From assembly GCA_000004695.1 (NCBI GenBank), contig CM000153.2, positions 320,001 through 384,000 on the forward strand: 64,000 nt of DNA. The letters are read 5' to 3'. This DNA comes from Dictyostelium discoideum (taxonomy: Eukaryota). A model generated the notes under the pieces. It had not been told where the DNA came from. It saw nothing but the letters and a program-made list of their open reading frames with translations, and did not search any database. Of the stretch, positions 11,060 to 24,036 are shown in pieces (the first letter of the stretch is position 1; each line of letters begins with the position of its first letter). The position numbers were made by a program, and so were the translations under genes.

Positions 11060-14000
11060 ATGAATTATTCAAATTTAATAATATCAATAAATTTTTTGTT
11101 ATTATTTTTTATTACAACATTAAATAGTGAATCAATCTTTAAATCAATTTATCAAACTGGAAGTAATTTTGAAATTAAATTGACTCAACCATTATATTTA
11201 TTTAATATTACAAGTTTAGATAATTTATATTATGATTATGATTTTAATGGTACATCAGTTTTAAATTCATGTATTTTTAATTCAAATTATTTTTCTTTGA
11301 ATTTATCAAAATTAAAAAATGTTGATCATAGTTTTCCAGATCGTGACTCTATGACAAATATTGAGCACCTTTTTTCAATTTGTTCCGAACTGTCTTCCTA
11401 TAGCAGTCAATCTGGTTTTATTAAAAGTGAAAGAAAGGAATTTGTTGCAACTGGAGATTTAAATAAAGAAAGTTTTAAATTTGGTAGACTTGGTGTTGAT
11501 AATTATGCATTGAAATTAACATATTCCAGTAATAATTTGTTTTATTGTGAAAGATATGGTGGTACCACTAGAAATTATTATTTTCAATGTGATGAAAATC
11601 AAGAATTTAACTTTACTGCACCATCTGTAAATTTTTATGATTGTAATGTAGATGTTTATATTAAAACAAAATATGTATGTCCATATAAAAATACCAAAAA
11701 AACACCAATTAAATATTCATTAGTTCAACCAAATATTTTACGTTTTACAATGGATGAAAATTCTTCAATTTTAATTTCAGTAAATAATGGTAATGCAATT
11801 GAATCTTTACCACCAATCAGTATGTATAATTTATTTTTTTAAAAAAATTAATATTATTTCCTACCACTACTTTTATCTTAAACTATAAAATTCTAAATGT
11901 TCATTTTAATTTTTTTATAGAGCCAATAATCTATAGTTGTGAAAACAATGGTGGTGATATTATTACAGTAAATGGTTTATTTTTTGAAAATTTTTTATCA
12001 AATTATACATTAAATTTCGAACCGTTTCTGATAGACATATTTGATCCATCAGTAATAATATCATTCAATTCAACAACATTGGTAGTAAACTCTACAGGTT
12101 ATGTTGATAATTACTTAATTATTTCTTTCTTTTATTATCAATCTGAAAGATTTCCAATTTTAAAACCACAACAGCAAATGGAATTAAGTTCATGGTATGA
12201 TGATGATTTTGATATGCTGTACAGAATGTACAAATTGTATTGGTGCAAAAACAATAGGATTGCCATATACTTATACAATACCTTCATACTACCCATTCTC
12301 ATTTTACACTGAAAAAATCATTTTAAGTGGAATTTATTTAGAAGCCCCAATCTATCCATATAAAAGATCAAATGCATTACCGTTACCAACTAATTTTCAA
12401 AAAGTTAATATCAGTGGTAATGAAATATTCGAATTTAATGGTAATTCAATAGTATCAATAAGTGGCCGTTTTATTCCAAAAATATACGATAATCAAGCAT
12501 ATATTATAGGAAAATTAGAATTTTTAAATGGTACAATATGTATATTGGATTATAATACTTTGAATAATAGTGTATTAACACAAGGTAAATTCAATATTCC
12601 AAGTGGTTATGGTAATGGTAATTTTTCAATTTATATTAAAGATAAATTGGTTCATTCAAATGCATTTACTTATCAACCACCATCAAAGTGGATTTCATCA
12701 ATCACTCAAAATCAAGAAAAGGTACAATTACATCTTTCATTTCCATTTTCTTTATTACAAATAACAAGTATTAAATATAATGATAAAAATGGAAAAGATT
12801 TAGACTATACTTTAATTGAACCTAATATCATTTCATTGACATTAAATACATATTCTACAAATGTACTTTCATTTAATAATGATTATCATATCGAAACTTT
12901 AACAAATGGGTTAAACTGTAAGTAAATACTATCATACAAATTATTTAATTTTACATATAACACTAACAAAAAACATTTTATATTATTTAGTTCGTCCAAT
13001 TATTTATAGCTATTTTAGTAATTCAATTGAAAATGGTACGAATATAATAATGGAGGGTCTCTTTGTATCAAAATTGTCAAATTATAAATTTTATTTAGAT
13101 GATAGTAAAATTGCTGTTTCTGGTGACCAAGTAACCTATTAAACAATTCTCATATGTATATGTTTATAGTGACGATTATTCATATACAAGGGTACCAGAT
13201 CTCACAATTACAAGCGAGCAAGACCAACTATTGTTTACATGTAGTAATTGTTTAGGTGGATATATCAATATAAATGAACCAGAAAGTAATCAAGATTCTC
13301 AATTCTCTCAAATTGGTACAATTGTAAAACAATTTAATACAAATACAATTTTAAATAAATACAATGCTTTTACATTTACCAAAGACTCAAAAACAATATT
13401 TATACAACCACCATTACCTTCAAATGTAAAAATTGATGGAGGTTTAGCTCAATTTTCAACTTTCAGTAATAATAATATTTTAGTTAGTGGTGATTTTTTA
13501 TTGGATATATTCAATCGTTTTGATTATACAAATTTCCAACTTCAATTTGATAATGGTACAATTTATTCACCAAATAAACAGATTTTATCAAAATCAGATC
13601 AAAACTATGTTTATCAATTAAATATACCATTTGCATATGGATCTGGTAATTTTAGTGTATTTTCTACTCTAGAAAATGGTAGAAAGTTTATTATAAATTC
13701 AACTCCATTCAATTATCCAAAAACACCAATAATTAATTCAATATCAAAAATTAAAGATGGAAATCTTAAAATAATTGGAGATGGTTTCTTTGATGTAGTT
13801 GTTTTTGGTTCTTTTAAAACAACATTTAAAAATATAACAACTGGTCTTTTTTCAGATACAATCGAATGTCATTCTCAAATAACTCAACATCAAAACATTA
13901 TTTGCCAATTTACAATGAATCAAAACTTTAGTTTAGTATATTCTCAAGATACTCCGATTACAATACAAATTAAAAGCTCCAAATACTCACAGCACCAATT

Positions 14001-14220
14001 TGAACCAGTTTATACCCAAACTTTTTTCAATAATTCAAATCCAAATTCTAATTCAAATTCTAATTCAAATTCAAATTCAAATTCAAATTCAAATTCAAAT
14101 TCAAATTCAAATTCAAATTCAAATTCAATTTTAATTTCAAATTCAAATTCAAATTCAAATTTAGTTTTCTCCAAATTTGTAGCAACTATTTTTATTTTAA
14201 TATCAATATTGTTTCAATAA
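11060..14220 (+). pseudogene. IPT/TIG-like glycoprotein family copy C. It is disrupted by a frameshift in exon 3 near 12200-12240 and by a deletion with a stop in exon 4 near 13140.
   Basis: ORFs 12079..12312 and 12197..12925 overlap in different frames at the homologous position, where the other copies read ...DNDFNLLFIDCTNCIGAKTIGLP.... Exon 4 has lost ...FDSSRISLIMNQ... and reads VTY*. Intron 1 is absent: ORF 11060..11842 reads straight through exon 1 into exon 2. The C-terminus carries an (AATTCA)n expansion that encodes (NS)18. Confidence 0.7.
14036..14150 (+). repeat. Hexanucleotide (AATTCA)n microsatellite inside copy C exon 4, encoding an NSNSNS... run.
   Basis: Direct reading. It is absent at the same place in copies B and E. 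Confidence 0.85.
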
Positions 14221-14569
14221 ATAAAAATAAATTAATAAAATTATCAAATAAAATATTATTTTGTATCATCTTTTATAATCGTCTTTTTAATGTTCATAAA
14301 AGGAATTCTGGAAACAAACTAAAATTTGAACAGTTTTTTTTTTTTTTTAAAATATTCTATTATTTTGGGGACTCGGTTATTTCTCCTCACTCACCTCGTT
14401 TAGGATTATAAAAAATAAATAAATTTACTCTTTACAAAACCAAATGAAATTCAAAATAAAAAAAATATGTATTTATTTTATTTTAATAAAAAATTTTTAT
14501 TATTATTCTCATATGATTTTATTGTTTAAGTTCTTTCTGAACATGCTATTTTTTTTTGTAAAGTTTTTT

Positions 14570-14752
14570 TTATTATTTTCCATTTCTTTTCTTTTCTTTT
14601 TCTTTTCTTTTTCTTTTTTTTTTTTCTTTTTCTTTTCTTTTCTTTTCCTTTCTATTACTATTACTATTACTATTACTATTACTATTACTATTACTATTAC
14701 TATTACTATTACTATTACTATTACTATTACTATTACTATTACTATTACTTCG
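14570..14752. repeat. Compound microsatellite: (CTTTT/CTTTTT)n followed by about 20 units of (ATTACT)n.
   Basis: Direct reading: attactattactattact... over 14652-14752. Confidence 0.9.
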
Positions 14753-15000
14753 TAAAATGACAAAAATAAAAAAATAAAAAAAATAAAAATAAAAAAACAA
14801 ATAAATAAAAAAGATATATTACATTTATTTTTTTTTTTTTTTTATTTTTTTTTTATTTTTTTGGATTGACACTATTTTTATTTGATTTGATTTCTTTTAA
14901 TTTAATTTATTGTTAAAACCATTCAAGTTTGGGCACTTTTCAAAATATGAAAATTATATAAAAATATTTGAAATTACATTTGCGCAAATTTGGATGGTTT

Positions 15001-15118
15001 TCACAATAATTTAATTTAATTTAATTTAATTTGGTTCGATTTGATTTAATTTGATTTGATTTGGTTTGATTTGGTTTGATTTGATTTGGTTTAATTTGAT
15101 TTGATTTGATTATTATTT
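15001..15118. repeat. Pentanucleotide (ATTTG/ATTTA)n satellite-like tract.
   Basis: Direct reading: ttaatttaatttggttcgatttgatttaatttgatttgatttggtttg... Confidence 0.85.
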
Positions 15119-15120
15119 TT

Positions 15121-15700
15121 TTAAAATAATATATTTTTAGTTTTTGAATATAAAGCATCTTTACAATCAATGGAACCATAGGATTCAGTACTTGCAATTC
15201 CAGTACAATCTTTTGATGGGTAGGTTGTAATAGTGTAATTTTGAAAAGGATCATAATTGATTTTAATATTTGTACCACATACTGATGAACATTTACCTAT
15301 TGTAACTATTTTATCATCGACACAAGGACCTTTTACAAATTTGAAAGAATAATATTTTGAAATTAATGTTGAACAAGTTATTTCCCCATCTATTACTTGA
15401 TTATTATATCCATCATAGCAATTAAAATTAACAATAAATGGATAATTTGTGTTTTCATAGTAACCTTGATTTTGGCAACTATAATCTGTAAAGAATGAAA
15501 TTTTAAAAAGTTCATCGTACACCTTTAAAATCTTTGCATTTTAATACAAAATATGCCACATTCATTCAAGTTTAATACACCATTTTCACAATTCTTTGCT
15601 TGTAATTCAAATACATCATATTGTGATGATACAACTAAAAAAATATTAAATAAAAATAAGATTAAAAAAATAAATTTCATATTTGTTGGTAAAAACATTA
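15121..15700 (-). pseudogene. Truncated, frameshifted duplicate (P2) of the ponticulin-like gene P1.
   Basis: Bases 15125-15480 are almost base-identical to 10085-10440. The N-terminal part (MKFIFLILFLFNIFLVVSSQYDVFELQAKNCENGVLNLNECGIFC...) runs into a stop. The Ser-rich linker and GPI tail are missing. Confidence 0.7.
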
Positions 15701-16079
15701 ACGTATTAAAAAATAAAAAAAAAAAAAATATTATATATTATTTTTAAAAAAATATATTCTCGGCACTGGTAAATTTAAGAAAAAATCTCTTTTTGGAATT
15801 ATAAAAACGAAACACGTTAAAAAGTTTTTTTTTTTTGAAATACCAAGAAAAATAAAAAGTTTTTTTTTTTTTTTTATTTTAATTATTTTTTTATTATTTG
15901 TTTTTCCAATTTTTCTAGAACCTTGGTTTACAAAGATTTTTTATTATTTTTTTTAATTTTTTTAATTTTTTTTTTTTTTTTTTTTTTGCAGATTCCCGAT
16001 CATCTATGATAATCCTTTCCAAAAAATTGTTTTTTTATTTTTTTTTTTTTTTTTAAATTTTAATAAATTTTATTTTAAA

Positions 16080-18328
16080 AATCAATTTGTTCCAAACTGC
16101 CTTCCTATAGCAGTCAATCTGTTATTATATATAAAAAGTCATTTTTTACAACTGGAGATTTAAATAAAGAAAAATTTGAATTTGGTAGATTTGGTGTTGA
16201 TAATTATGCAAGTCCTGGTTGTTCAACTAGAAATTATTATTTTCAATGTGATGAAAATCAAGAATTAACTTTACTGCACCATCCAACGTAAATTATTTTG
16301 ATTGTAATGTAGATGTTTATATTAAAACAAAACATGTATGTCCATATAAAAATACCAAAAAAACACCAATTAAATATTCATTAATTCAACCAAATGTTTT
16401 AGTTTTACATTGGATGAAAATTCTTCAAATTTAATTTCAGTAAATAATGGTAATGTAATTGAATCTTTACTTCAATATACCAAGTGGACATGGTAAAGGT
16501 ACTTTTTCAATTTATATTAAAGATAAATTGGTTCATTCGAATTCATTAAATTATCAACCCCATCAAAGTGGATATTATCAATCACTCAAAATCAAGAAAA
16601 GGTACAATTACATCTTTCATTTCCATTTTCTTTATTACAAATAACAAGTATTAAATATAATGATAAAAATGGAAAAGATTTAGACTATACTTTAATTGAA
16701 CCAAATATCATTTCATTCACATTAAATACATATTCTACAAATGTACTTTCATTTAATAATGATTATCATATTGAAGCTTTAACAAATGGATTAAACTGTA
16801 AGTATTTGTAAACATTCAAAAAATATAATTTTATTCATACAAAATATTTAATTTTATATTTAACACTAACAAAACATTTTATATTATTTAGTTCGCCCAA
16901 TTATTTATAGATATTCAATTGAAAATGGTGCTAAAATAACAATGGAGGGTCTCTTTGTATCAAATTTGTCAAATTATAAATGGAAAAGATTTAGACTATA
17001 CTTTAATTGAAACAAATATTATTTCATTCACATTAAATACATATTCTACAAATGTTCTTTCATTTAATGATGATTATCATATTGAAACATTAACAAATTC
17101 ATTAAACTGTATGTATATTTTAAAGATTAAAAACTAATCAAAATTTTTTAAATTCATAACTCACCAAAAAACATTTTATATTATTTAGATCGTCCAATTA
17201 TTTATAGTTATTCAATTCAAAATGGTATTATAACAATGGAGGGTCTCTTTGTATCAAAATTATCAAATTATAAATTTTATCTAGATTTTAGTAAAATTGC
17301 TGTTCCCAGCGATCAAGTAACCTATTTCGATAGTTCAAGAATCAGTTTAATTATGAATCAGGTTTCACATGTATATGTTTATAGTGATGAGAATTTATTT
17401 ACCATGGTACCAGATATCACGATTACAAGCCAGCAAGACCAATTATTGTTTACATGTAGTAATTGTTTAGGTGGATATATCAATATAAATGATCCAGAAA
17501 GTAATCAAGAATCTCAATTCTCTCAAATCGGTACAATTGTAAAACAATTTAATACAAATACAATTTTTAATAAATACAATGCTTTTACATTTACAAAAGA
17601 TTCAAAAACTATAGTTATACAACCGCCACTACCTTCAAATGTAAAAGTTGATGGAAGTTTAACTTAATTTTCAACATTCAGCAATAATACTATTTTATTT
17701 AGTGGTGATTTCTTATTGCATAAATACAATGGTTTAAATTATACTGATTTCCAATTTCAATATGATAATGGTACAATTTATTCGGCAAAAAAACAAATTT
17801 TATCAAAATCTGATCAAAACTATAAATATCAAATAAATGCACCATTTGCATATGGATCTGGTAATTTTAGTGTATTTGTTACTTTTGAAAATGGTAGAAA
17901 GGTTATAACAAATTCAATTCCATTCAATTATCCCAAAAAACCAATAATTAATTCAATATCAAAAATTATGGATCAATCGACATTATACAATAAGTGGCGA
18001 TGGTTTCTTTGATGTTATAGTAATTCCTTCTTTTAAATCAAACATTTATTCAGAAACAATCGAATGTCATCCTGAAATAATAAATCAAAATATTATTTAC
18101 CAGTTTGAAATGAAACAAGAATCCTCGGTAGATTCTCAATATCCAATTGAAATAAAAATTGAAAGCCTTGAATACTCACCTTTCCAATTTGAACCATTAT
18201 ATACCCAAACCTTTTTTTATGACCCAAATTCTGATTCAGAAATTTTAAAGAGTGATATTAGTTTACATTCAGTTTTCTCCAAATTATTTGCATCTCTTTT
18301 TGTTCTAATATCAAAATTGTTTCAATAA
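16080..18328 (+). pseudogene. IPT/TIG-like glycoprotein family copy D. It is heavily fragmented by deletions, an internal duplication and frameshifts.
   Basis: Short ORFs 16459..16644, 16955..17137, 17236..17667, 17716..18012 and 18110..18328 each match pieces of exons 2-4 of the intact copies. The block 16955-17137 repeats the exon-3 tail already present at 16640-16800. Confidence 0.7.
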
Positions 18329-18449
18329 ATAAAAATAAATTAATAAAATTATCAGATTAACTTTCAATAAAAAAAACAATAAAACAATAAATAAACAAAG
18401 ATACTAAAAAACATGTTGCTTCTTTTATTTTTTTTGTTTTTTTTTTTTT

Positions 18450-19091
18450 TTAAAACAATAAATTTATTAATAAAAATGTTAATAATATAAATTTGTGGAT
18501 TGTAATTAATTTAGAAGATATTGATCCATTTGATTCTATATTTGGAGTTGATTTTAAACAGGATAAATATTGATCGTTATTAGTTTTTGATAATAATTGA
18601 TTTTTACAATCAATTGATCCATAGAATTCAGTACTTCCAATTCCAGTACAATCATTCGAAAGGTAGGTTGTAATAATGTAATTTTGAAAAGGATCGTAAT
18701 TGATTATAATATTTTTGCCACATACTGATGAACATATACCCAAAAAAATTAATTTATCATCGACACAAGGACCCTCAACAAATTTGAAAGAATAATATTT
18801 TGAAATTAATGTTGAACAAATTATTTCCCCATATCTACCAATAGTATTAATTTCATTACTGCAATTAAATGGAATATATGGACGAGGGTCTTGATAGCAA
18901 ATAGCATCAGTATAGACTTTGATTGATTTTACGTTCTCGATAAATAAATATTCATTACAAAATTTACCACATTCTTGAAGAGTTAATGTGGTATTTTCAC
19001 AGCCCTTTGATTGTAATTTAAATACATCAAATTCTGATGATACAATTAAAAAAATATTAAATAAAAATAGGAATAATAAAATATATTTCAT
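18450..19091 (-). CDS. Small secreted Cys-rich, GPI-type glycoprotein, ponticulin-like. Copy P3.
   Basis: ORF is 213 aa with signal peptide MKYILLFLFLFNIFLIVSSE. The Cys framework is conserved with P1 (…CSTLISKYYSFKFVEGPCVDDK…CSSVCG…DCTGIGSTEFYGSIDCK…). The C-terminal hydrophobic tail is FILLTFLLINLLF. Confidence 0.7.
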   Translation of the reverse strand: MKYILLFLFLFNIFLIVSSEFDVFKLQSKGCENTTLTLQECGKFCNEYLFIENVKSIKVYTDAICYQDPRPYIPFNCSNEINTIGRYGEIICSTLISKYYSFKFVEGPCVDDKLIFLGICSSVCGKNIIINYDPFQNYIITTYLSNDCTGIGSTEFYGSIDCKNQLLSKTNNDQYLSCLKSTPNIESNGSISSKLITIHKFILLTFLLINLLF

Positions 19092-19769
19092 GTTATAAAA
19101 TAAAAGAAAAAAAAAATAAAAGAAAAAAAAAAATAAAAGAAAAAAAAAAATAAAAAAAAATAAAAATTAAATAAAAGAAAAAAAAAAAAATATATTTTCA
19201 AATAAAATCGATTACAAATTCTATTAACCCATCTTTTTTTTTTTCGAAATGAAAAAGATTTTTTTTCTTTAAAATCAAAGAATTATAGCGAATTTTTTTT
19301 TTTCGTATTTTTGCAATGTTAAAAAAAAAAAAAGAAAATGTCAAAAATCAATCACAAATTAATTTTTTTTTAATTATTTTTTTTTTATATGTTAAAAAAT
19401 AAACTGATACCATTTGACACTTTCAAAAGCCAAAAAAACGGAGGATTTTTTACCAAAGATTTTTTTTTTTTTTCCAATTATTATTTTTTTTTTAATTTTC
19501 TTAATTAAAATTTTTAGAAAACTAAGATTTTTTTTGTAAAAAGCCGATTTTTATCCCAAAAAAATTTTAGAAAACAAAGATTTTTTTATTTTTTTTCTAA
19601 TAATATAAACCAGAATAATTCATTTAAAAGTCAGAAAAGAAAAAAAAAGTTATTTAATATATTATTATTTTTTTTTTTTTGTCCATAAATATTTTTTTTT
19701 ATTTTTTTATTTTTTTTTCCTTAACAATTATTTAATTATTTTATAAATAAAAAGATTATTTAATAAAAA

Positions 19770-22700
19770 ATGAATTTTCCAAAATTTATATTATTAAATA
19801 TTTTATTATTAATTTTTGCCTCGACATTAAATAGTCAATCAATCTTTAGTTCAATTAATCAAAATGGAAGTAATGTTGAAATTAAATTAGTTCAACCATT
19901 ATATTTATTTAATATAACAAATTTAGATAATTTATATAATGATTATGATTTAAATGGTACATCTGTTTTAAATTCATGTATTTTTAATACAACATATTTT
20001 TCTTTGGATTTATCAATATTAAAAAATATTGACTATATTTTTAAAGATTCCAATAGCAAAGTAAGTAATTGAAACATAATAAAAATTTTAAACATTACAT
20101 TTTATTAACTTTTATTTTTGAAAACTAAATAGTATCAACACCTTTTTTCAATTTGTTCCCGAACTAAACTATATTCTGCTCAGTCTGTTATGCTTAATGA
20201 AAATGGGCAATCTTTTACAACTGGAAATTTGAATACAGAGAAATTTGAAATCGGTAGGTTCGGTTTAAATAATTATTCATTAAAGTTAACCTATACCAAT
20301 CCTGCATTCTCCTTATGTTCTAATAGTGGTTCAACTAGAAATTATTATTTTCAATGTGATGAAAATCTAGAATTTAACATCACATCCCCAAACTCGAAAA
20401 ATGTAAATTATTATGATTGTAATGTAGATGTTACTATCGCAACAAAATATGTATGTCCATATAAAAATATCAAAAAATCATCAATTAAATATTCATTAAT
20501 TCAACCAAATATTTTACGTTTTACATTGGATGAAAATTCTTCAAATTTAATTTCAATAAATAATGGAAAAGTATATGAAGTTTTACCAATTAGTATGTAT
20601 AATTTATATTTTTTAAAAAAAAAAATTAAAATTTCCTACCACCAATTTTATCTTCCACTACTACTACTAATAATACTACTTTTATCAACAATAAAAAATT
20701 CTAATACACTCATTTCATTAAACTTTTACATTTTATAGAGCCAATAATCCATAGTTGTGAAAATAATGGTGATATTATTACAGTAAATGGTTTATTTTTT
20801 AAAAATATATTATCAAATTATACATTTGGTTTCGATGGTCAATTAACAATGAACCGTTCGAATATAATATCATTCAATTCAACAACATTGGTATTAAACT
20901 CTACAGGTTATGTTGACAATAACTTTTTTATTTCACTCTTTGAAAATAAATCTGATAGCTATCCAATTTTAAAACCACAACAGCAAATGGTATTAAGTTC
21001 ATGGTATGATTATAGTTTTCGTAAGGAACGTCTTAACATTGATTGTACAAATTGCCTTGGTGCAAAAACAATAGGAATACAAAATATCTATACAAAATAT
21101 GCACATTCAATAAAAATACCCCCTGAAGATATCAATTTTAGTGGAATCTATTTAGAAGCCCCTATTTATCCTTTTAAAAGATCAAATTTATTGCCATTAC
21201 CAACTAATATTATAGGAGTTAATGATAATAAAATATTTCAATTTAATGGAATTTCAATAGTTTCAATAGCTGGTTATTTTATTCCAAAAATGTATGATAA
21301 TCAAGCATATATTACAGGAAAATTAGAATTTTCAAATGGTACATTATGTATATTGGATTATTATACTTTGGATAGTAATGTATTAACACAAGGTAAATTC
21401 AATATTCCAAGTGGTTATGGTAATGGTAATTTTTCAATTTATACTAAAGATAAGTTGGTTCATTCAAATTCATTTACTTATCAACCACCATCAAAGTGGA
21501 TATCATCAATCACACAAAATTTAGAAAAGGTACAATTACATCTTTCATTTCCATTTTCTTTTTTTCCAATTACAAGTATTAAATATAATGATAAAAATGG
21601 AAAAGATTTAGACTATACTTTAATTGAACCAAATATCATTTCATTCACATTAAATACATATTCTACAAATGTACTTTCATTTAATGATGATTATCATAAC
21701 GAAACTTTAACAAATGGATTAAACTGTATGTATAGATTAAAAATTATAATTTAAATTTAAAATTTTTAATTTTATAACTCACCAAAAAACATTTTATATT
21801 ATTTAGATCGTCCAATTATTTATAGTTATTCAATTCAAAATGGTATTATAACAATGGAGGGTTTCTTTATATCAAATTTATCAACTTATAAATTTTATCT
21901 TGATAATAGTAAAAATGCTGTTTCCAGCGATCAAATAACCTATTTCGATAGTTCAAGAATCAGTTTAATTATGAATCAGGCTTTATATGTATATGTTTAT
22001 TGTGATGACTATTCGTTTACAATGGTACCAGATCTCACAATTACAAGCCAGCAAGACCAATTATTGTTTACATGTAGTAATTGTTTAGGTGGATCTATCA
22101 ATATAAATGAACCCCAGAGTAATCAAGATTCTCAATTCTCACAAATCGGTACAATTGTAAAACAATTTAATACAAATACAATTGTTAATAAATACAATAT
22201 TTATACATTTACTAAAGATTCAAAAACAATAATTATTCAACCACCTTTACCTACAAATTTAATATTTGGTGCAAGTTTACCTAAATTTTCAACATTCAGT
22301 AATAATACTATAATAATTAGTTCTGATTTCTTATTGGATAAATATAATGGTTTTGATTACACAGATTTCCAACTTCAATTTGATAATGGTACAATATATC
22401 CAGTAAAAAAACAACTTTTATCAAAATCAGCTCAAAACTATAAATATCAAATAAATGCACCATTTGCATTTGGATCTGGTAATTTTTGTACATTTATTAC
22501 TTTTGAAAATAATAGAAAGTTAATAAATTCAATTCCATTCTATTATCCAGCAAGACCAATAATTAATTCAATATCAAAAATTAAGATTGGTGGTTTTAAA
22601 ATAAGTGGTGATGGTTTCTTTAATGTATCTTTAATTGCTTCTTTTAAAAAAAATTTGGTAAATACAACCACTGGTGTTATAAAAAATGTTATCCGATGTG

Positions 22701-22966
22701 ATCCTCAAACAACCCAAAGTCAAAATTTAGATTGTGAATTTATAAATACAATACATACAGATAAATTAAATGAATTTCCAATTACAATACTAATTAAAAG
22801 CCAAAGTAATTCACTGTTCAGATTTGAACCATTTTATATCCAATCTTATTTTTATTATCCAAATTCTTATTCATATTATGAAATGAACAATGATATTAGT
22901 TTACATTCGGTTTTCTCCAAATTAGTTGCAACTATTTTTATTATAATATCAATATTGCTTCAATAA
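19770..22966 (+). CDS. IPT/TIG-like glycoprotein family copy E, intact, about 966 aa. Four exons at approx 19770-20060, 20133-20592, 20739-21725 and 21807-22966.
   Basis: ORFs 19770..20072, 20190..20738, 20849..21754 and 21854..22966. Donors are gtaagt at 20061, gtatgt at 20593 and gtatgt at 21726. Acceptors are aactaaatag|, ttttatag| and ttatttag|. The exon phases (0, 1, 1) are consistent with the ORF-track frames. Confidence 0.75.
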
Positions 22967-23210
22967 ATAAAATAATTTATAGAATTATCAAGTAAACTTT
23001 CAATAAAAATAAAATTAAAAATAAAATAAAAACACTAAACATTTAATATTGTAAACAACCATAGTTTTTAATAAAATAAAAAAAATAATAAAAAATAAAA
23101 TTAGTTGGGTGGTGTGAATATGTTAAGATAATAAATAATAAATTAATATTCCCCCTTACAATTAATTTTTTTTTTTTTTTTAATTATTTTTTACCTATTC
23201 CTTAAACAAT

Positions 23211-23819
23211 TTAGGATATTTTTGGTTTATTTAATTTCTTATTAAAAAATACAATTAAAAGTATTGAAATTATTAAAGATAATAAAACTAAACAACAATT
23301 AAAAAAGGTATTTAAAACATAAGAATCTGAATATTGTAATGATAATTTAATATAGTATTTAATTGGTTCAATTGAATCTGTTGAAACTAGAAAATAAAAA
23401 CCACTACCACTAGATAGATTTCCATTTGTTTTCCCATCATTTAATGGTTTACTAAAAAAATCTAAAAATGATAATGGTTCAATTGAACCTTGTGAAAGGT
23501 GTATAGAAACTAAACCATTTTGATTTGAATTTGAATCTAATACTAATGATAAATAACCAACACCAGTTCTATATAACACTGAATGACCTTTCTTAATTAT
23601 ACCACTAATTTCTTCTAATGAATCGTTACTTAAATATTCTCCTAATTTAATAATTAAAAAACAATTATTAAAAGATTATAAAAATAAATATATATATTAA
23701 TTTTTTTTTTTTTTTTTATTATTTTATTTACCCTCTTTTCCAGATTTAACATACTTTTTCATTAAATAGCAATGTAATAATATTACAATTATTAATAGTA
23801 TTGTTATTGACCTTTTCAT
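23211..23819 (-). CDS. Small type-I membrane protein of about 170 aa with unknown function. Two exons at approx 23732-23819 and 23211-23641.
   Basis: ATG at about 23819 gives MKRSITILLIIVILLHCYLMKKYVKSGKEG. A gtaaat donor and ttaaattag| acceptor bound the intron. ORF 23211..23579 ends with a hydrophobic transmembrane-like segment (LVLLSLIISILLIVFF) followed by a basic tail NKKLNKPKIS. Confidence 0.5.
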
Positions 23820-24000
23820 TTTTTTTTTTTTTTTTTAAATATCACACTGACACACCCAATTTATAAAAAAAAAAAAATAAAAAAAAATAAAAAATAAAAA
23901 TAAAAAAAAAATAAAAAAAATAAATACAAGTTTATTGTAAATAAAAAAAAAAAAAAAAAATTAAAAAGAAATGAATAAAAAAATAAGGTTGTGAATGATT

Positions 24001-24036
<36 letters not shown>

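Noticed and set aside
14652-14752. Regularly spaced short direct repeats that might be taken for a CRISPR array.
   Set aside because: They are a perfect 6-bp microsatellite with no spacers, in a eukaryotic genome. They are not CRISPR.
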